Shown: in pieces, positions 46,779 through 60,685 of the stretch
Layout: every line of letters starts with the position of its first letter
Position numbering within the stretch: the first letter of the stretch is position 1
Assembly: GCF_024521635.1 (NCBI RefSeq)
Contig: NW_026250408.1
Location: forward strand, 434,001 to 498,000
Length of the DNA stretch: 64,000 bases
Direction: 5' to 3'
Source of the DNA: Tricharina praecox
Lineage: Eukaryota
The notes under the pieces: generated by a model
Database searches by the model: none
Told to the model about the DNA's origin: nothing
Seen by the model: the letters and a program-made list of their open reading frames with translations, nothing else
Position numbers and translations under genes: made by a program

Positions 46779-48854
46779 TTCTCAAGGCTGAGGGGGTGTG
46801 ATCCTCATGCCCGTCACCAACTTCCCTCCTGCACATCGGCAAGGTTTGTCTGTCGTCAACGAGGCTCCGGCCCATCACATCAGCCAGCAACCCTGTCCGG
46901 CCGTTTAGTGGTCCGTGCGTCGTCGTCCCCCCTTCCCGCCAAGTCTCTTCTGCCGATCCTTGTGCGACCACCTCCCACCTCCCCCCCCCCTCCCCTAAAC
47001 ATTGCCAACCGCTGGCTGCACGGGCTTTTCTAGAACAAAAATCTAAACCCCCCCCCACACACACGCAGGTCGCAGGTCGCAGCTTGAGTTCGATCGATAA
47101 TGCTTTCCCCGCACTCGTCTACTTACCGTACCCCACACTCGCAGAATCTGGTGCCATCGAATCCTCACGTTCTCTATACGCACATGCATACGGTCGACGG
47201 TGACGATGATAGGCGCGCTGGTGGCTGGCGGTTGGTGTCATGTGGTGCCGGTCGTGTGGGCGGGGTTGCCTGGGTCTACCTATCCGGCCTTAGGCAGGTA
47301 CCTGCTTACTTACATACCTGTAGGTGCGCATGGATGTGCCCTCTCTTCGTGATCGAGCCTCGTCCAGCTACATATATATGCAGCATTCCTCCAGGTGCTT
47401 CTGCACAGCCAGCGAGTAGTTGAGGCTGCCTTGCTAGATAGGTGCGGAAACAGGCAACTACCCACCTACCCCGGAACAGCGTGTCCGTGTCGGCCCTCCC
47501 CCCCCTCCCTTCATCGGCTTCGGCCTTGTCTCAACGCCGCTCGCCGTGCATCTACCATCCACGACCATCAGGCTCCGGCTGGATTCAAGCCCGCTGGAAA
47601 CAGCGCCGCCGCCAGCGGCCAGCCTGAGGAACTGCGCTGGCACTACCGCGCGCCGAGTGATACTATGTGCATCGATGGCCTCCAGACTGCGGGGCGCCTT
47701 GCTGTCATCGCCTCATCGCCCATATTGCCTGCCTGCCGGTCGTTGCTGTCTGGTAAATACGTGTTACAGGCGGCATAGGAACGCGGTGACAGGCGCAAAA
47801 GAGGCTTTATCACAAACATGGCGAACCTGTAGGTATCGCAGATCAGTGCCAGCAATACACAACCGCTCTCGATCTTCAGTGTTCAAAGCCCAGACCAGGC
47901 CAAGCAAGCCCTCTAACCCTCCAGCCTTCAGCCTCCAGAAGTCACCCTGCGTATTCGAGCGTGCGCCAAAGCCGAAGCCGAAGTACATGAAACCGACTGC
48001 TGTCGTCCTCGCCGTCTCGACTCTCGAGGATGAGGAGAGGTATGCATATATAGAAACCATCTATCCGCCGAGCTGTAAGTATCCCATTCTATCCCATCTC
48101 ATACCGCACTGGTCCGATGGTGAGTGGTGCTTGGTTTCGTCCGATCATGTGAATACCTTCCCGTATGTCCGTCCGTTTCCCCGGTTTTCTCGTCGTTCCA
48201 CCCTCCGGCATCTGTCGCTCCTGAGTACCGTGTTGCTCGTGCGAGGGTGAAGGAAGGAAGGAAGGAAAGTGAGGAAGGGAAGTGGGTGCAAGTCGCAAGT
48301 CTCCAAAGCCGTAAGTCGCAAGTCCACGGCTCAGAGGGCGGTTCAGAGGCGTGGCAATCCTATTGATACCTACAGGAACTCAATCCCTGATCAGACTTGA
48401 TACACTTCGGCTGCGGCAACGTTACAGTCAATGCAGCCAGGTGTGGATACGACGAGTATCTCCCTAGAGTAGTATAACCTTCGTTCAGTGCGTGGGAATT
48501 CGGGGAGTTACTGGCGCAGATGTAATAGTAGCAACGGAGCACCGCCGGCTTCATGCAAGGAGATCATAGAATATCAACGGCATGAGAGATAGTGAAAAGT
48601 CTTTGCCTGCTCTTTACCGGGTCCAATGTCCATTACGCTTTCAACAGTTGGTAATCGAGTGAAGGGTAGTTACATCCAAAGCAGCAAACGAAGCCAAACA
48701 AAAAACGCCTTTCTCCAAACGAGTGCAAACGACAAACAACTTTTGAAGGAACCCGTAGGTAGCAGCGGACAGACAGACAGACGGACGGACATGCTAGCAG
48801 AAAACGAGGGCCATTCCTTCATTTTCATTTTCCCTAGCCGGACGGTAATCATTC

Positions 48855-49575
48855 TCAGTCAACATCCATGCGGGCGGAGACCTTTTGCTTCTTGTTCTTT
48901 GCGACCTTGACGGGGACCTTGACGAGCTGCACCTCCTCCTCCTCTTCGCTCTCGACCTCGACGTCGCTCTGCATCTCGAGATCCATACCCTCGACGTCCT
49001 TCTCGAGCTTCTCGACGACGGTGCGCTGGCTCGGATGTAGCAGGTGCTGGTTCTCCTCGACGATCTTCCGGTTCGCCGCGCGCTCCTTCTCCTTGTTGCC
49101 GGACATGCGCTGGCGGTAGAACACCCGCTCGCGGCGGCGCCGGATCTCCTCGACCCGCTGCATAGCCGTGAGCGTTTTCGCGACCAGGTCACGGCTGTAC
49201 CGCGTGGGCACGTGGCGGCGTTGGGCGAACGTCAATGTGGTGTCGACGACCATCTCCTTGCCCGCCGCCTTGCGGAAGGCCTTCGTCCACTTCAGTTTAC
49301 GGGGGTTACCTGCGGGATGAGTGATGGTGTTAGCAGAGAAGGAAGGCACAGCGCGAGTGTGCGCACGGAGGGGCAATTTTACGCTTCATCTTGAAGTTCT
49401 TGTGGCATTTCGACCGGCAGAAACGGAACTCTTTGGCATCGTTGCGGACAAAAGTTATTCCCTTGCTTGGGTAGACGGGAGCGCTGCTATGTGGGGGTCA
49501 GTAACGGTTTTCTTCGCAGGTTCTCCTCCGCCTCGCAATGGCGACATACCAGAAGTGGCACGAGAAGATACGCAT
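48855..49575 (-). CDS. RLP24: Ribosome biogenesis protein Rlp24 (L24e family), 3 exons
   Basis: [66 protein letters not shown]. Confidence 0.96.
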
Positions 49576-49903
49576 CGTGTCGGTGCTTGTGGGTCGGTGG
49601 ACGGTGGTGAGATTTGTTGTTGTTGGTCGGAGATGCGCTTAGAGGAGATGAAATGGGCTGCTTCCTTCTGAAGTTCTCTGCTTGACAAAAAGTTTATCGT
49701 TTAGAGTATAATCCAGGTGCCTTGCCATTTGCCGTTAGCGCGGGGGCTTGGCGGCGGCGGCGGGAAATCCCTGGCAGAATCCGGCTGCAACATTTTTCTG
49801 GTAACTGTGAGCAATTCGAAAGATGGCCGATCACTCCTCCGCTCACCCTCACGAACACCACCAACAACAACAAACGAACGAACTCCAGAGCTCCGGATTC
49901 ACT

Positions 49904-50365
49904 ATGTCGACTGTCATTTTGATTGGGTGCGGTGTGGCCGGTGCTGGTATGCTTTCCCGAGCGGCTGGAAAGGTGAGGGCAGGTGGCTAATGTGTGGCGT
50001 GGGTTAGCTATCGCGGGAAGGGTCGGACTACAGGCGTTCAAGCGCTACAAGGCCGGAGCCGGAGGTGCTGTCGGTACGCTCGGGAAGCAGTTCTACAAGG
50101 GCGGATTCGAGAACCGGATGAACAAGCGTGAAGCTGCGTTGATCCTGCAGATGAGGTATGCAACTCCGGGCAGATGGCGGGGGGGTTAGGGAGGAGCCTC
50201 GGGCTGACAGTGGGGTGGCGGGATAGCGAACGGAACTTGACGAAGCCCAACATTCGAAAACGACATCGCGAGCTCATGCTGCTCAATCACCCGGATCGTG
50301 GCGGCAGTCCGTATCTGGCCGGAAAGGTCAACGAGGCAAAGGAGTTCCTGGAAAAGAACTCATAG
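49904..50365 (+). CDS. PAM18: Mitochondrial import motor J-protein Pam18/Tim14, 3 exons
   Basis: [48 protein letters not shown]. Confidence 0.96.
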
Positions 50366-50582
50366 ATGCGGCGGGCGGTGTGTTGCGATGAGAGATGAGT
50401 GTTGTTTTACGATCGATGGGCTGGTGCTCGTGGGGTGTACATTAGTTACTTGGGCGTTTTCTGTCATTTTGGGGCACAGCTTTTCTCAACTCATTGATTG
50501 CTTCGTAGAGTTTCATGAGCATCTTCAAAACCTTCTTCTGGTATCATTCCGTTCTGTAGTAATACACTGTGGCCGCATCGAA

Positions 50583-51633
50583 TCAACTCTTCAACAAAGG
50601 ACCCAGCACCTGCTTAACATCCACCCCTTCCGTCGCCATCCCTTCAATCTCCTTCCACCTCTTCTCCACTTCCTCTGCTCCCTCGACACGGGAAGCACTC
50701 CAATGCGGACTCTTCTCGGCCCTCAACCACTTAAAATCATCTACCTGATCCCACAGATTTTTCGGGTCCTGCTGATCCCCGTACGGATGAAACCGGATAT
50801 CCTCACAGTCCTCGATAATCGGCCTCGAAGTGCAGCGCAGATAGACGTCCACATTCCTAGCATCATGCATCCTGAACTGTCTGCACGCAAAAACCAGGAC
50901 ACTATCCCTCACGCCCGTAAGATGTATCGGGCCGTTAACGGCCTCTCCTAGCAGGAGCAGGGACGCATCGACGTTCTTGACGGCGGCACTCGAGAACCTC
51001 AGCGTCTCGGGGATAGTGATGCCACATCCCCTCAGGCTGCTCAACAGCAGCGACGCGGACGCGGTAGTCGTGGCTCCCGGCGGCCGTATGAACTCGTCGG
51101 ATCGCTCAGTGACAACGACATTTTCCTGCTCGGTGGCGGCCTTCTGCGCCGCGCTCGTGAACTGCGTCGGCGCCCCGGTCTGCCCGAGGTCTACTGCGCC
51201 GCCGATGGTGCCGCTGGTGTTTTTGCTGCGCGACTTGAACGAGAATTTTTGTTTTGGCGCGAGCGAGAGTCGGATGCCCAAGAGCTTGTCGGATAGCGTT
51301 TTGACTTTCTACCGGGCGGAGATTAATACGGCGTGGGGATGCGACGGTGGTTACTTTACTTACCAGGGAGTAGGCGCGTTGGTCGTAGGCGGGAAGGTAG
51401 GTGGACGCATCCTTGAGGACGTCGGTCAGACGGCCGATTCCTGCTAGACACTCGTCGATTATCTGTGGGCGGTCGGTGGCTGAAACTGTGGGGAGAATTT
51501 CGAGGAGAATTTCGAGAGCTATTGGGCTTCGTTAGTGGCGATGGGGATGCTGCGGGAAGCGTGGGGTTATGCCTTTGTATTGCTCGTGGAATATGCTGTG
51601 TACAGCTTCTTTGCTGTCGTTAACAGTACTCAT
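50583..51633 (-). CDS. TBCC: Tubulin-specific chaperone C (cofactor C), 3 exons
   Basis: YLPAYDQRAYS, APKQKFSFKSR, VNGPIHLTGV, CRQFRMHD, SRPIIEDCEDIRFHPY, NLWDQVDDFKWLR. Confidence 0.92.
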
Positions 51634-51906
51634 GGGGCCGGTTGGGTAAAAACGTGGTGCAGACACGCGGGGTTCGGGAGGGGCAACGAGGAAGTTGAGC
51701 TGCAAGGTTACGGAGAGAAGGAAGAAGTTAAGAACGCGAATGGGAACCACGAGGCAAGCAAAGAAAGTGAGAACTCGTGTGAACACTGTAATTGGTCATG
51801 AGAAAACATTTTTAGAAACGCGCCGTTCGAAATGTACAGAGTCCTCTCCCCCCGTGCGGCCCCGGTATCCAAGCCCCGGTATCCAAGCCCGTGATGAGAA
51901 ACCAGT

Positions 51907-52661
51907 CTATCTGCGCTCGACGTTTGTGAAGTCGATGCCATACTTCTCGGTGAGGCGCTCACGTCGTCTATCCTCGTAGCCCGGGCCGTAAATTCCTGTA
52001 TCATTGGTCAGCGGCACAACATCGGAGAAGCGGAACCTGCTGGAAACATACCACGTCCTTCACCAATGTGCTCAATAGCCTCCTCGATGGGTCGTCGGCG
52101 GCTCTTCCTCAGGGCTTCCTTCCGCTCAACCTCGTCGATTCCGGGGTCCCGGAACATCGCTTTAAGGGAGCCACCGCTGTAATCAAACACGCCCAATGTC
52201 ACAGCCAGAGCGGCACCGTATCCAATGACGGAAGGCATCGTGCGGACTAGATAGAAGATCCCGTGAGCCCTCCACTAGAGGCTGTAACAAAGGGATGGGT
52301 AGGCATACATCGGGTTCCGAGGATGGCGCCGGCGACGAAGCCTCCAATGGTAGGGTTCCAGTGATCATCCTTCTCCCTCAAATTGGCTGAGGCGTTGCGC
52401 ACGAACATGAAGGAGCCACCCATAGCAGCTACAACACCCTCAGCATCAACTCTCTGTTTCCTTCAGCGGCATAGCATTAGGCATACCGAAAATCGCGACG
52501 GTACCACCCGTGCGAGTGATAACACCCATGGCTCCAATGTTCTGCTTGGCGAGCGAGTTCTGGACACCGCTCAGGATGCTGCCTATACCGCCCATGATCA
52601 GGGAGCCCTTGACACCCTGTCCGATGGCATCCCGCCGTTCGAAGCCCTTCTCTCCGGCCAT
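51907..52661 (-). CDS. NDUFA11: NADH:ubiquinone oxidoreductase 21.3 kDa subunit (NDUFA11/B14.7, Tim17 family)
   Basis: VQNSLAKQNIGAMGVITRTG, ASANLREKDDHWNPTIGGF, RRRPIEEAIEHIGEGR|GIYGPGYEDRRRERL..KYG. Confidence 0.88.
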
Positions 52662-53261
52662 TATTTTCGTTCGAGGTGGGGGGTGGATGAGTGGAGTGAG
52701 TGGAGGTGGGGATGACGTTCGCACGAGTCTATCTGCTCTGTGCTACATGTGAATGCTGTCAGCAGGCGACTCGATGGATGCGCAGAGACGACGGTCCGAA
52801 GGATTGTCGTTCCAGAGGGGGCTTGCGTTCTCTGTCACTTACCGGTCGGGGTGTCTGTGTGGTCGTGGTAGTAGTAGTACTGGAGCCAGACAAAGAGAGC
52901 CGATTGCTTTGCTGATGAAGCGGATGCGGGAGTGCAGGACGGAAGCGAAGCGGCTCCCACGAATGCATGGTAAGGTTCCCCCACCTAGCAAACCAACCGT
53001 TCAAAGTTACCTGCTACCCCCACAATTACATTTACAACTCTCAACCTTCATCTATAACTACAACCCCAACAACCCAGGGTCTCTCGTCGCGTCCCATTCT
53101 CACCTCCCACAAACTCACCTCAAACATCCTTCCTCGAAATACCACCCTACGAGCTGTGCTCCTTTGATCCCCAACTGTTGAAACTTCGAAGCTACAAGTA
53201 GAGGTCATCTACTATTCTTTACCTTTGCGCCAGTTTGACCGCACCTCAGCCCTCAGCACAT

Positions 53262-56200
53262 ATGGAGGCATACAATAGTGACTCTGGGAGGCCAGGTATG
53301 TGCCTGTATTGTCGTCGGGGGCCTTCAGGCCGAGGGTACCCAGTTTACCGCTTGGTTTCGCAGCTGACCGAGTCGCCTGAATGGCAGGGAAAACACCACC
53401 ACGCTTCATCGCCGACCTGCTGGAGTACGATCCCACCAATCCAGAGCGAAATGTTCTTTGCGATGCGCCGCCATATGTCGACGAGTCTACCGCCGCCAAG
53501 TTGTTATTGCAGCGGCACAGACACAGCCTCTCACTCCGACGAAGCCGGAGTGCCCTTCCACCTCCGCGAGCGAGCGATACGAGTGCACCTTGGACAGTAT
53601 CGTCAATCTGTGAGATCTGTCGAGCGCACATAGACGTCATAGTGGATTCCTCGCAGCCCACTTTGTCCGAGTCCGGTCCCTGCCCTACCAAAGACAATCC
53701 GCTGCATCACTTGCGCTATGAACCCTCGAGATCGTGGCCTGCTGCGCGGGAATCCTTCGGGAAGACACGGTTTGAAGATATCCGGGTCTTCAGCTGCTCG
53801 GCAACGACCTGCCCGACAACCGTCACCGTCATAACCAAGCCTCCTATCCTCGACCTGCAATCTATCAACCTTTTGACAGATAAGTCGGTGCTGAAGCGAC
53901 GAATACAGAAATATGAGGAAGCTCAGGGAGTGAAGAGCAACCAGGACGCTTCGCCGGTAAAGGTTCTGGAGACATTTCAGAAATACCTAAGCAATGTCAT
54001 TGGCGGTGATAAGCGGAAGATTCCGCGGGAGAATGCGCGCTACCAGCTCCATCTTTCTGATGAATGTGCGCCGATTTTGAAGACACTGGGATTTAAGGAT
54101 TTTCAGGATGTACGGTGCCCGTCCAATACGAGTGATGTCGGCTGACCGATAGTAGGGCGATGCACTTTCCTGGGCTCCTCCCACTTTGGAGGAAATAGAC
54201 AACAAGGACGGACCGGTACGCCGGAATCTGGAAGATACGGTAGAAGAAGTCCTCATCTTGATGGACCAACACAGGGAACGGAGAGGTAATGAACCCACGT
54301 TGCACGCAGTATGTATGAAGGTAAACAATGTGTTGATTTGAAACAAGAAACCTACCGCGCAGGCATCGAACGTGCAGACACCATGATCAGGCAGCTCTTG
54401 CGTGGTAATTGTAGGTGATCCCAACCGTCCCACCCGCTCACGAGTCACTCACATGTCATGTGTTCAGATGATTCATACGGAGCATCCCACAGTATCGATC
54501 TCACCAAACCTGAGCACCCGTGAGTCGCCCTTATCCTATGTGCTTGCTTGTCGCTGAACCCTCCTCGCAGCTTTTACGCTGTTCTTGGCATAGTGTCAGA
54601 TGTTGCCGATAAAATAGTCGCCTGGGCGTACCGTCGGCAGCGAGACTGCAATCCTAGCGAAGCAGCCTTCTACTTTGAATGCTTCTCAGTCATCGCACGT
54701 GGCAGATCCAGTGACGATCTCTTACTTGACGCCGCAAAGCTTCAGTCACAGGGAGAATTCACTAGAACGGAACACACTGAAGCATGTTCATCTCTTGGAA
54801 TCGACCCAAAGGAACAAAATGAAGATTTAATTATCGGAATATTTCGTGCTCGTCTTGCCGACGCACCACGACAAGAATCACAGATCAGGAACGCTATGAG
54901 GATTATGGCACGGCAGAGACGGAGCTCTCGACTCGAGTTTGCTGCGCAGAAAGGTTGGTGCATCACTGGCACGTACATACGAATCCTTCATGATGATGAC
55001 TGGTAATTGCTCTTAGCTTTTACGGACCTTAAGGGGGCCTATGCTTGGCTAGATGTTCCGGAAAATATAGATGATCAGTTCCTCATCGTAACATACGATC
55101 TCAGGGTATGTGCTTAAGGTGTTGGTCCCCATCACTTTTTAACAGGTGCCCCAGGTTTCCGACCACCCCGTCGATGAGCCGATCGCAAAAGAAGCCCTGA
55201 AGGCGATTGCCGAAGCTCGGAGGAGTACATTCCTGCTCTCATACATTGAGAAGGGCGGAGCCATCTACGATATGCCTCCGAACATCAACGAAGCATACAC
55301 TAGACTTGGGATCGAGGATCCATCCGTTGTCGATGATGATTTGCTTATCAGCCTCTTCAACTTGCGAGTATGCATCATAAGTTCTTTAGGCTTCGTATGT
55401 CCGTACTGACTCATAGTGTAGTGGGATGATGAACCAAGTAAGATCCAGGACCTCCGCGGCGCGCTACGAGTGATTGGCGAGAACCGAGACAGCCATAAGA
55501 TTAAGGATTTCCTGGACACCGGAAACGCCAACGATCATACGAGAGGCTCTACTTCCTCGCCAGTCGGACTTGAGAACATTGGCAATACCTGTTATCTCAA
55601 CAGTCTACTGCAGTTTTATTTCACTATCAAGCCACTAAGGGAGATGATATTACAGCTGGATCAATATCAAGAGGGGGAGGTCACCGACGAAGTCGTCTCC
55701 CGCAAGCGAGTGGGTGGGCGAAAAGTCACGAAGCAGGAAATTGAACGAGCAAAGAAATGTGAGTGTTTCACTGTGACTGCATATGAACGATGCTGATTAG
55801 TTTTAGTCGTCGGACACCTCCGAACATTATTTGCAGAGCTGATCAAGTCCACTTCTTCTGCTATTTCTCCGGAACGTGATCTTGCCTACCTAGCATTAGT
55901 AAGCTCGAAGGACGAAGCTGAGAGCGAAGAGTCAGCAGTTACAATTGCTGTCACAAACGCGGATGATACAACGGCTAGCACAAACGTGGATGATATGGAC
56001 GTCGACCAGGCTCAGCCCGGGGCTCCAGTCCAGGATGACGACGCGCGGAGTGAAGTCACGCTGGTTAACGATTCTCAAGATGTTGTGTCATCTGAAGACC
56101 AGATGGTAGTGAATCAGGTGCAGAAGGAGGAAAAGGAGAATATGCCTCCTCAAAACGAAGATGCACCGATGGAGCTTATCGATTTATCTGAGCCTCCATC

Positions 56201-57470
56201 GGACGAGGGCATGGAACTGACCGCCGGCGTTCAAACCCTTCCGACTCCGCCCCCCGAGCCAGAGCGCATGCCTCCACCGATCCCTATGCGGCCCAGGGCG
56301 AGGAGAGATACCGTTTCGGACATTAATATGTTCGGTCGCCAGCAGGATGTGACGGAATGCATCGGGAATGTCATGTTCCAGATCGAGGCTGCAATCAAGC
56401 CAGACCGCATCGACGAGAACGGTGAACAGATCGACCTCGTAAAGGAATACTTCTACGGCAAGACGAAGCAAACGCTGGCTTTCCCCAACTCCATGGAGAC
56501 CAGGACCAAGGAGGAGATGTTCTCACACTTGCTCGTGAATGTCTCGGAAGGCGATTGCGATCTGTACACTGCACTAGACAACAGCTTTGACATCGAGCGA
56601 GTAGACCTCGAGGGCCGAGAAGCGACGCGCCATCTCTCAATCAGTCACTTACCTCCTGTGCTCCAGATTCAGGTTCAGCGAGTCCAGTTTGACCGTGAGA
56701 AAGGGGCTGCTTACAAATCGAATGCTCATCTCAGCTTCCCTGAGACTCTCTTCATGGACCGGTACTTGGACAACGACGACGCTGGTCTGATGGCTAGGAG
56801 GGAGGAGACCTGGAACTGGAAGCAAACACTAAAGGAGTTGGTCGAGCGCAAGGCGGAGCTTCTACAAACAACGGTATGTTTACACTAGGATAGTGATAGC
56901 TCGTGATTGATTGCTGACTCATAATAGTTGGCCAACGAGAACAGCTTATCAGTGCTCGACGCCGCGCGTGAGTGGGTGGAAGGAATGCAAGCGAATCTAG
57001 ACACCGACCTGATAGAGGAGATGGACATCCAGCCCAACGTCGTTGAGATGCTTGAGCGTCGCACCGCGGCTGTCCGTCGCGAGGTAGAATCCATCGACCA
57101 GAACATCAAAGAGCTCGAGTCGCGGATCAACCAGCAATTCACCGATCTCCGCAAGCACGGATACCGCATCCATTCGGTCTTCATCCATCGGGGATCGGTA
57201 AGCTTCGGCCATTACTGGATATACATCTATGACTTCCAGAAGCGGCTCTTCAGAAAGTACAACGACCAGTACGTGACGGAAGTCCTGGACGAGGCGGAGG
57301 TGTTCAAGCACTCGGTCGAGCCTGGATCTTCGCCGCCGACACCGTACTTCTTGGGTAAGTTGTCATGTTGACGAGATACCACAATACACCCGCTAACTTT
57401 GTTTCTAGTGTTCGTCCGAGAAACCGAACTCGACATCACCGAGGCGGTGAAGCGCACGATGGAGGGCTAG
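53262..57470 (+). CDS. UBP2: Ubiquitin C-terminal hydrolase Ubp2 (USP family), multi-exon
   Basis: GKTPPRF, Cys box PVGLENIGNTCYLNSLLQFYFTIKPLR, QQDVTECIGNVMFQ, LQIQVQRVQFD, His box HSVFIHRGSVSFGHYWIYIYD...KYND. Confidence 0.93.
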
Positions 57471-60400
57471 ATACCTGCGGGGGAAAGGGGGGGGAGAGGT
57501 GGGGGTTTTGTAGTGATTTCTTGTGCTCCATTTGATATCATCATTTAACAGCGTACAGTCCAAAAGGCGTCTTTTTTAAAAAATTACCCCTCGTGTCTGT
57601 CTGGTTTATTCTGTTAGTGCGCTGTCTACTTAGTTGTGTACAACCAAGTAATTCCTTTGTTTACTCTATGTAATGTAGTGTTTCCGCTTCCATCGATAGG
57701 TACTTACTCTGAGAGGGTTGCTCATGGTCTGGTTTATTGTAGTCGGGGATGGTCATGTATGTTATGATTGGGCGGTGGGCTTCGTAGGTTTCGTGTCTGT
57801 TTGAGGCTTTGAGCTCGGAATGATGCTGTAGGTAATGGCAACGGAAGAGATTCGCAGCCGCGAAGATGTGTTATTTGTGTGAAGGCGGGAGTCTACTACA
57901 CGTGATTACTCTGCACGTCACTTGTGTGCGGAGAGTGACGGCTGGTGCACGAGGTGACCGGACCGGGGGGAGCATGACTTCATGGCTTCAGGCTTTTAGG
58001 ACTTCGTGTGATCTCTAGCGCGAAGCGTCCAAGCGAGCGATACCTTCCTTGTATGTGCCTATGCAAGCCCGTATCGGGCACCCTGACTGTCTGACATACC
58101 GTATCGTGGCGGAGCACGCTTCAAGGGAACGATCCGAAACCGATTTCAGATCCGCCGTGCATCCAATCCAATCCAATCCAATCCGGATCCGAGATTTCAG
58201 TAGAGTAGTTACATAACTGCTCTACATAACTACTATGGAGTCTACATATGATAGGTAGTAGCGGCGGCACACTTCCCAGTTGGGATACGAGGCCGGTTTC
58301 GTGATACGATCACCGCTCGGTCAGGTTTGTAGTGGGAGGGGGAAGGAGGGGGGGGGTTTCTGGATTTGATTTCTTTCCTGAGTTCCTTCCTGGGCCCATG
58401 ACCAGCGGGCACGTCAGAGCGTGGACCAGAGCGTGGACGGTGGAGCAAGGAGAGTGGGGGCGCGGGATTCATGGCACATCTCGCACATGTATGGCATGCA
58501 TGTCTCATATCGTCCGCTCCGCCTCCCGGCCGTCGGGGGTCGGGCTTCGGGGGTCTCGGAGGATTTCTGTGCTCCACCACCAATCGGGGGAGCTAGGATC
58601 GGGGGGCTAGGATCGGGGGAGGTGGGGTCGCGGGAGCTGGGGATCTCTGAGATCTTCGGGGCGCTATGTATGTACTTGGAATCATGATTCACGAGTGAGC
58701 AGTGGTTAGAACTTGGATGGCACGAGTAAGACCTTTTCGATAGTGGGATACGCAGATTTCGAAGGCGCGGATGGATGGCTGGCAGAAAACGCCGAAGAAC
58801 TCCAAGCCAGCCCAGTGCGCACGAGTCCGTACTCTAAGCTCCTGTTCAAGACGTCAACCCACCTGGGTACTTGGAGGACTTACCCCACTGCTCCCAGAAC
58901 CGGCGGGTACTCTAGGCAAGCGGCGGAAGACAAGCAACCACGCCTCACGAGTCTCGGATCCGTGCAAGACTCGCAGGAACTGGGCTTTCCCAGTGCCCAC
59001 CATCTAGCCGCTCATATTGCACCCCGCGGACTCCGCATGAGTCCCCACCGCCATGTCGTCAGTAGCCGCCCGCTCGCTCGCCCGCCCCCCAAAACACCTC
59101 CGTCCCCAAAGCATCCACGCATCCTGATTCCTCGCATCCAACGCCGAGGCAAGAGCAACTGCATCCCGCGCAAACACGAGTTTCGGAGCGCAACACGGCT
59201 CTCTCCCGATCCCGATCCCGTAGGTGTGACCAGTCCGCGCGACAGTTGCCGTAGCAGCATACTTGCCGTAATAGCACACTTACCGGCCGAAGAGACTGTT
59301 TTAACTTTTAAGTTTCAACTTTCAACTTTCGAACCGGCTTGGGAGGATGGAGTGGGGGTGATCACTCGTTGTCACTCGCGGTATAAAACCTCACCCCGAA
59401 CAGGCACCCTCCCCCATCCCCGTTCCCTGCTGAACTGGCAGCTCGCTTTTGTCGCTTCTATCGCTATGGGTAGTATAGTACTAGGTATAGACGAGCTGTA
59501 TGCAATAATACATCTCTCTCTCTCTCTCCGCCTCCCACCCCCCCGCCTCCCACCCCACCCCGGCAGTCCAGCAATCCAGACAATCCACCCCAACGGGTAA
59601 CGTTTCAACTTTCGGAACGGGTAAGTACCTTATCTACAACCGTCAAGTGTCAAGTGCACGGGGCAGTCGGAGCGGGGCAGTCGGGGCGGGGTGGGGAGGA
59701 TTTAGAGTTTGCGGCGAATATATTAGGTTCTTGTGGAAGACAGTTTTTAATGCCGGGGTCCGGGGGAGGGATGGAGGGGAGGAGGGAGGGGATAGTGCCG
59801 CAATTGGAAGTTCTATCAGTGCCGGAAATTTCTTTTTTTCTTTGCTTTTCTTTACTTTTTCGAGAGAGGGGGAGGGAGGAGGAGGAGGGAGAGGGAGAGG
59901 ATACATGGCTCTCCACTTGCTTCACACATAATCTGCCTCTTATGCATACCTGGTACTCTAGCGGACATTCCAAATTCCAGCAGAGCCTTGTTATTCCCGG
60001 AGGGCGTGACTTGTGATCATTTCTGTCTCTGTCTCTGTTTCTGTTGGAAGGGCGGATTCGATTACTAAAACATGACAACAAAGTTGGACCATCGCGAGCT
60101 ACGATAGTTACCGCTCCGCTCCGAAATAGTCTCTCAGCGAATATTTCGGTGCCCTGCCCGCCTCCCCCTCCCCCTCTCCCCGGCGCCTCCCAAATGCTAC
60201 ATACGGTACAGCCCCTACCGGTTTCGGGATAGAGGGACGGAGCGCGGAAAGGTTCTGATGCAAGGGGAGAAAGCTCAAAAAGGTTATTTCGTGCCTTTAT
60301 GCCTCTGTGCCTTTTCCGGCGGGGTCGGAGCGCCGTGCGGAGCTCCGATACCTACCGATACCGATACATACTCTAGGTAAGTATATATCCGGCGCCAGCA

Positions 60401-60585
60401 AGCAGGCCAGGCTGCGCGTCGGCGCCTGCAGCTGGCGCGAAGCTAGAGCATCAGCTCGGGAAGTATGCAGCCTGCGGGCAAGTAAGTTACCGTAGGCTTC
60501 GAGGGTTCCGATGGTCCCCGGTGGTCCCCGGGACGGCCGTGTGTAGAGTATGTGCTCTTACGGTGACGACCGGCCGGCTTTTGCG

Positions 60586-60685
60586 GGATTAGTTGGTTAC
60601 CCCCGAAGTTATTGCCGTAGTTACCGCTGTAGTTAAGCCGGAAGTTGCGCCGTAGTTACCGCCGTAGTTACCGCCGTAGGGGCGC
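60586..60685. repeat. Degenerate 12-bp tandem repeat (GCCGTAGTTACC)
   Basis: GTAGTTACCGCC and variants repeated about 6-7 times. Confidence 0.75.

Noticed and set aside
46100..48700. ORFs between HPC2 and RLP24
   Set aside because: No family motifs; consistent with chance ORFs in GC-rich intergenic DNA.
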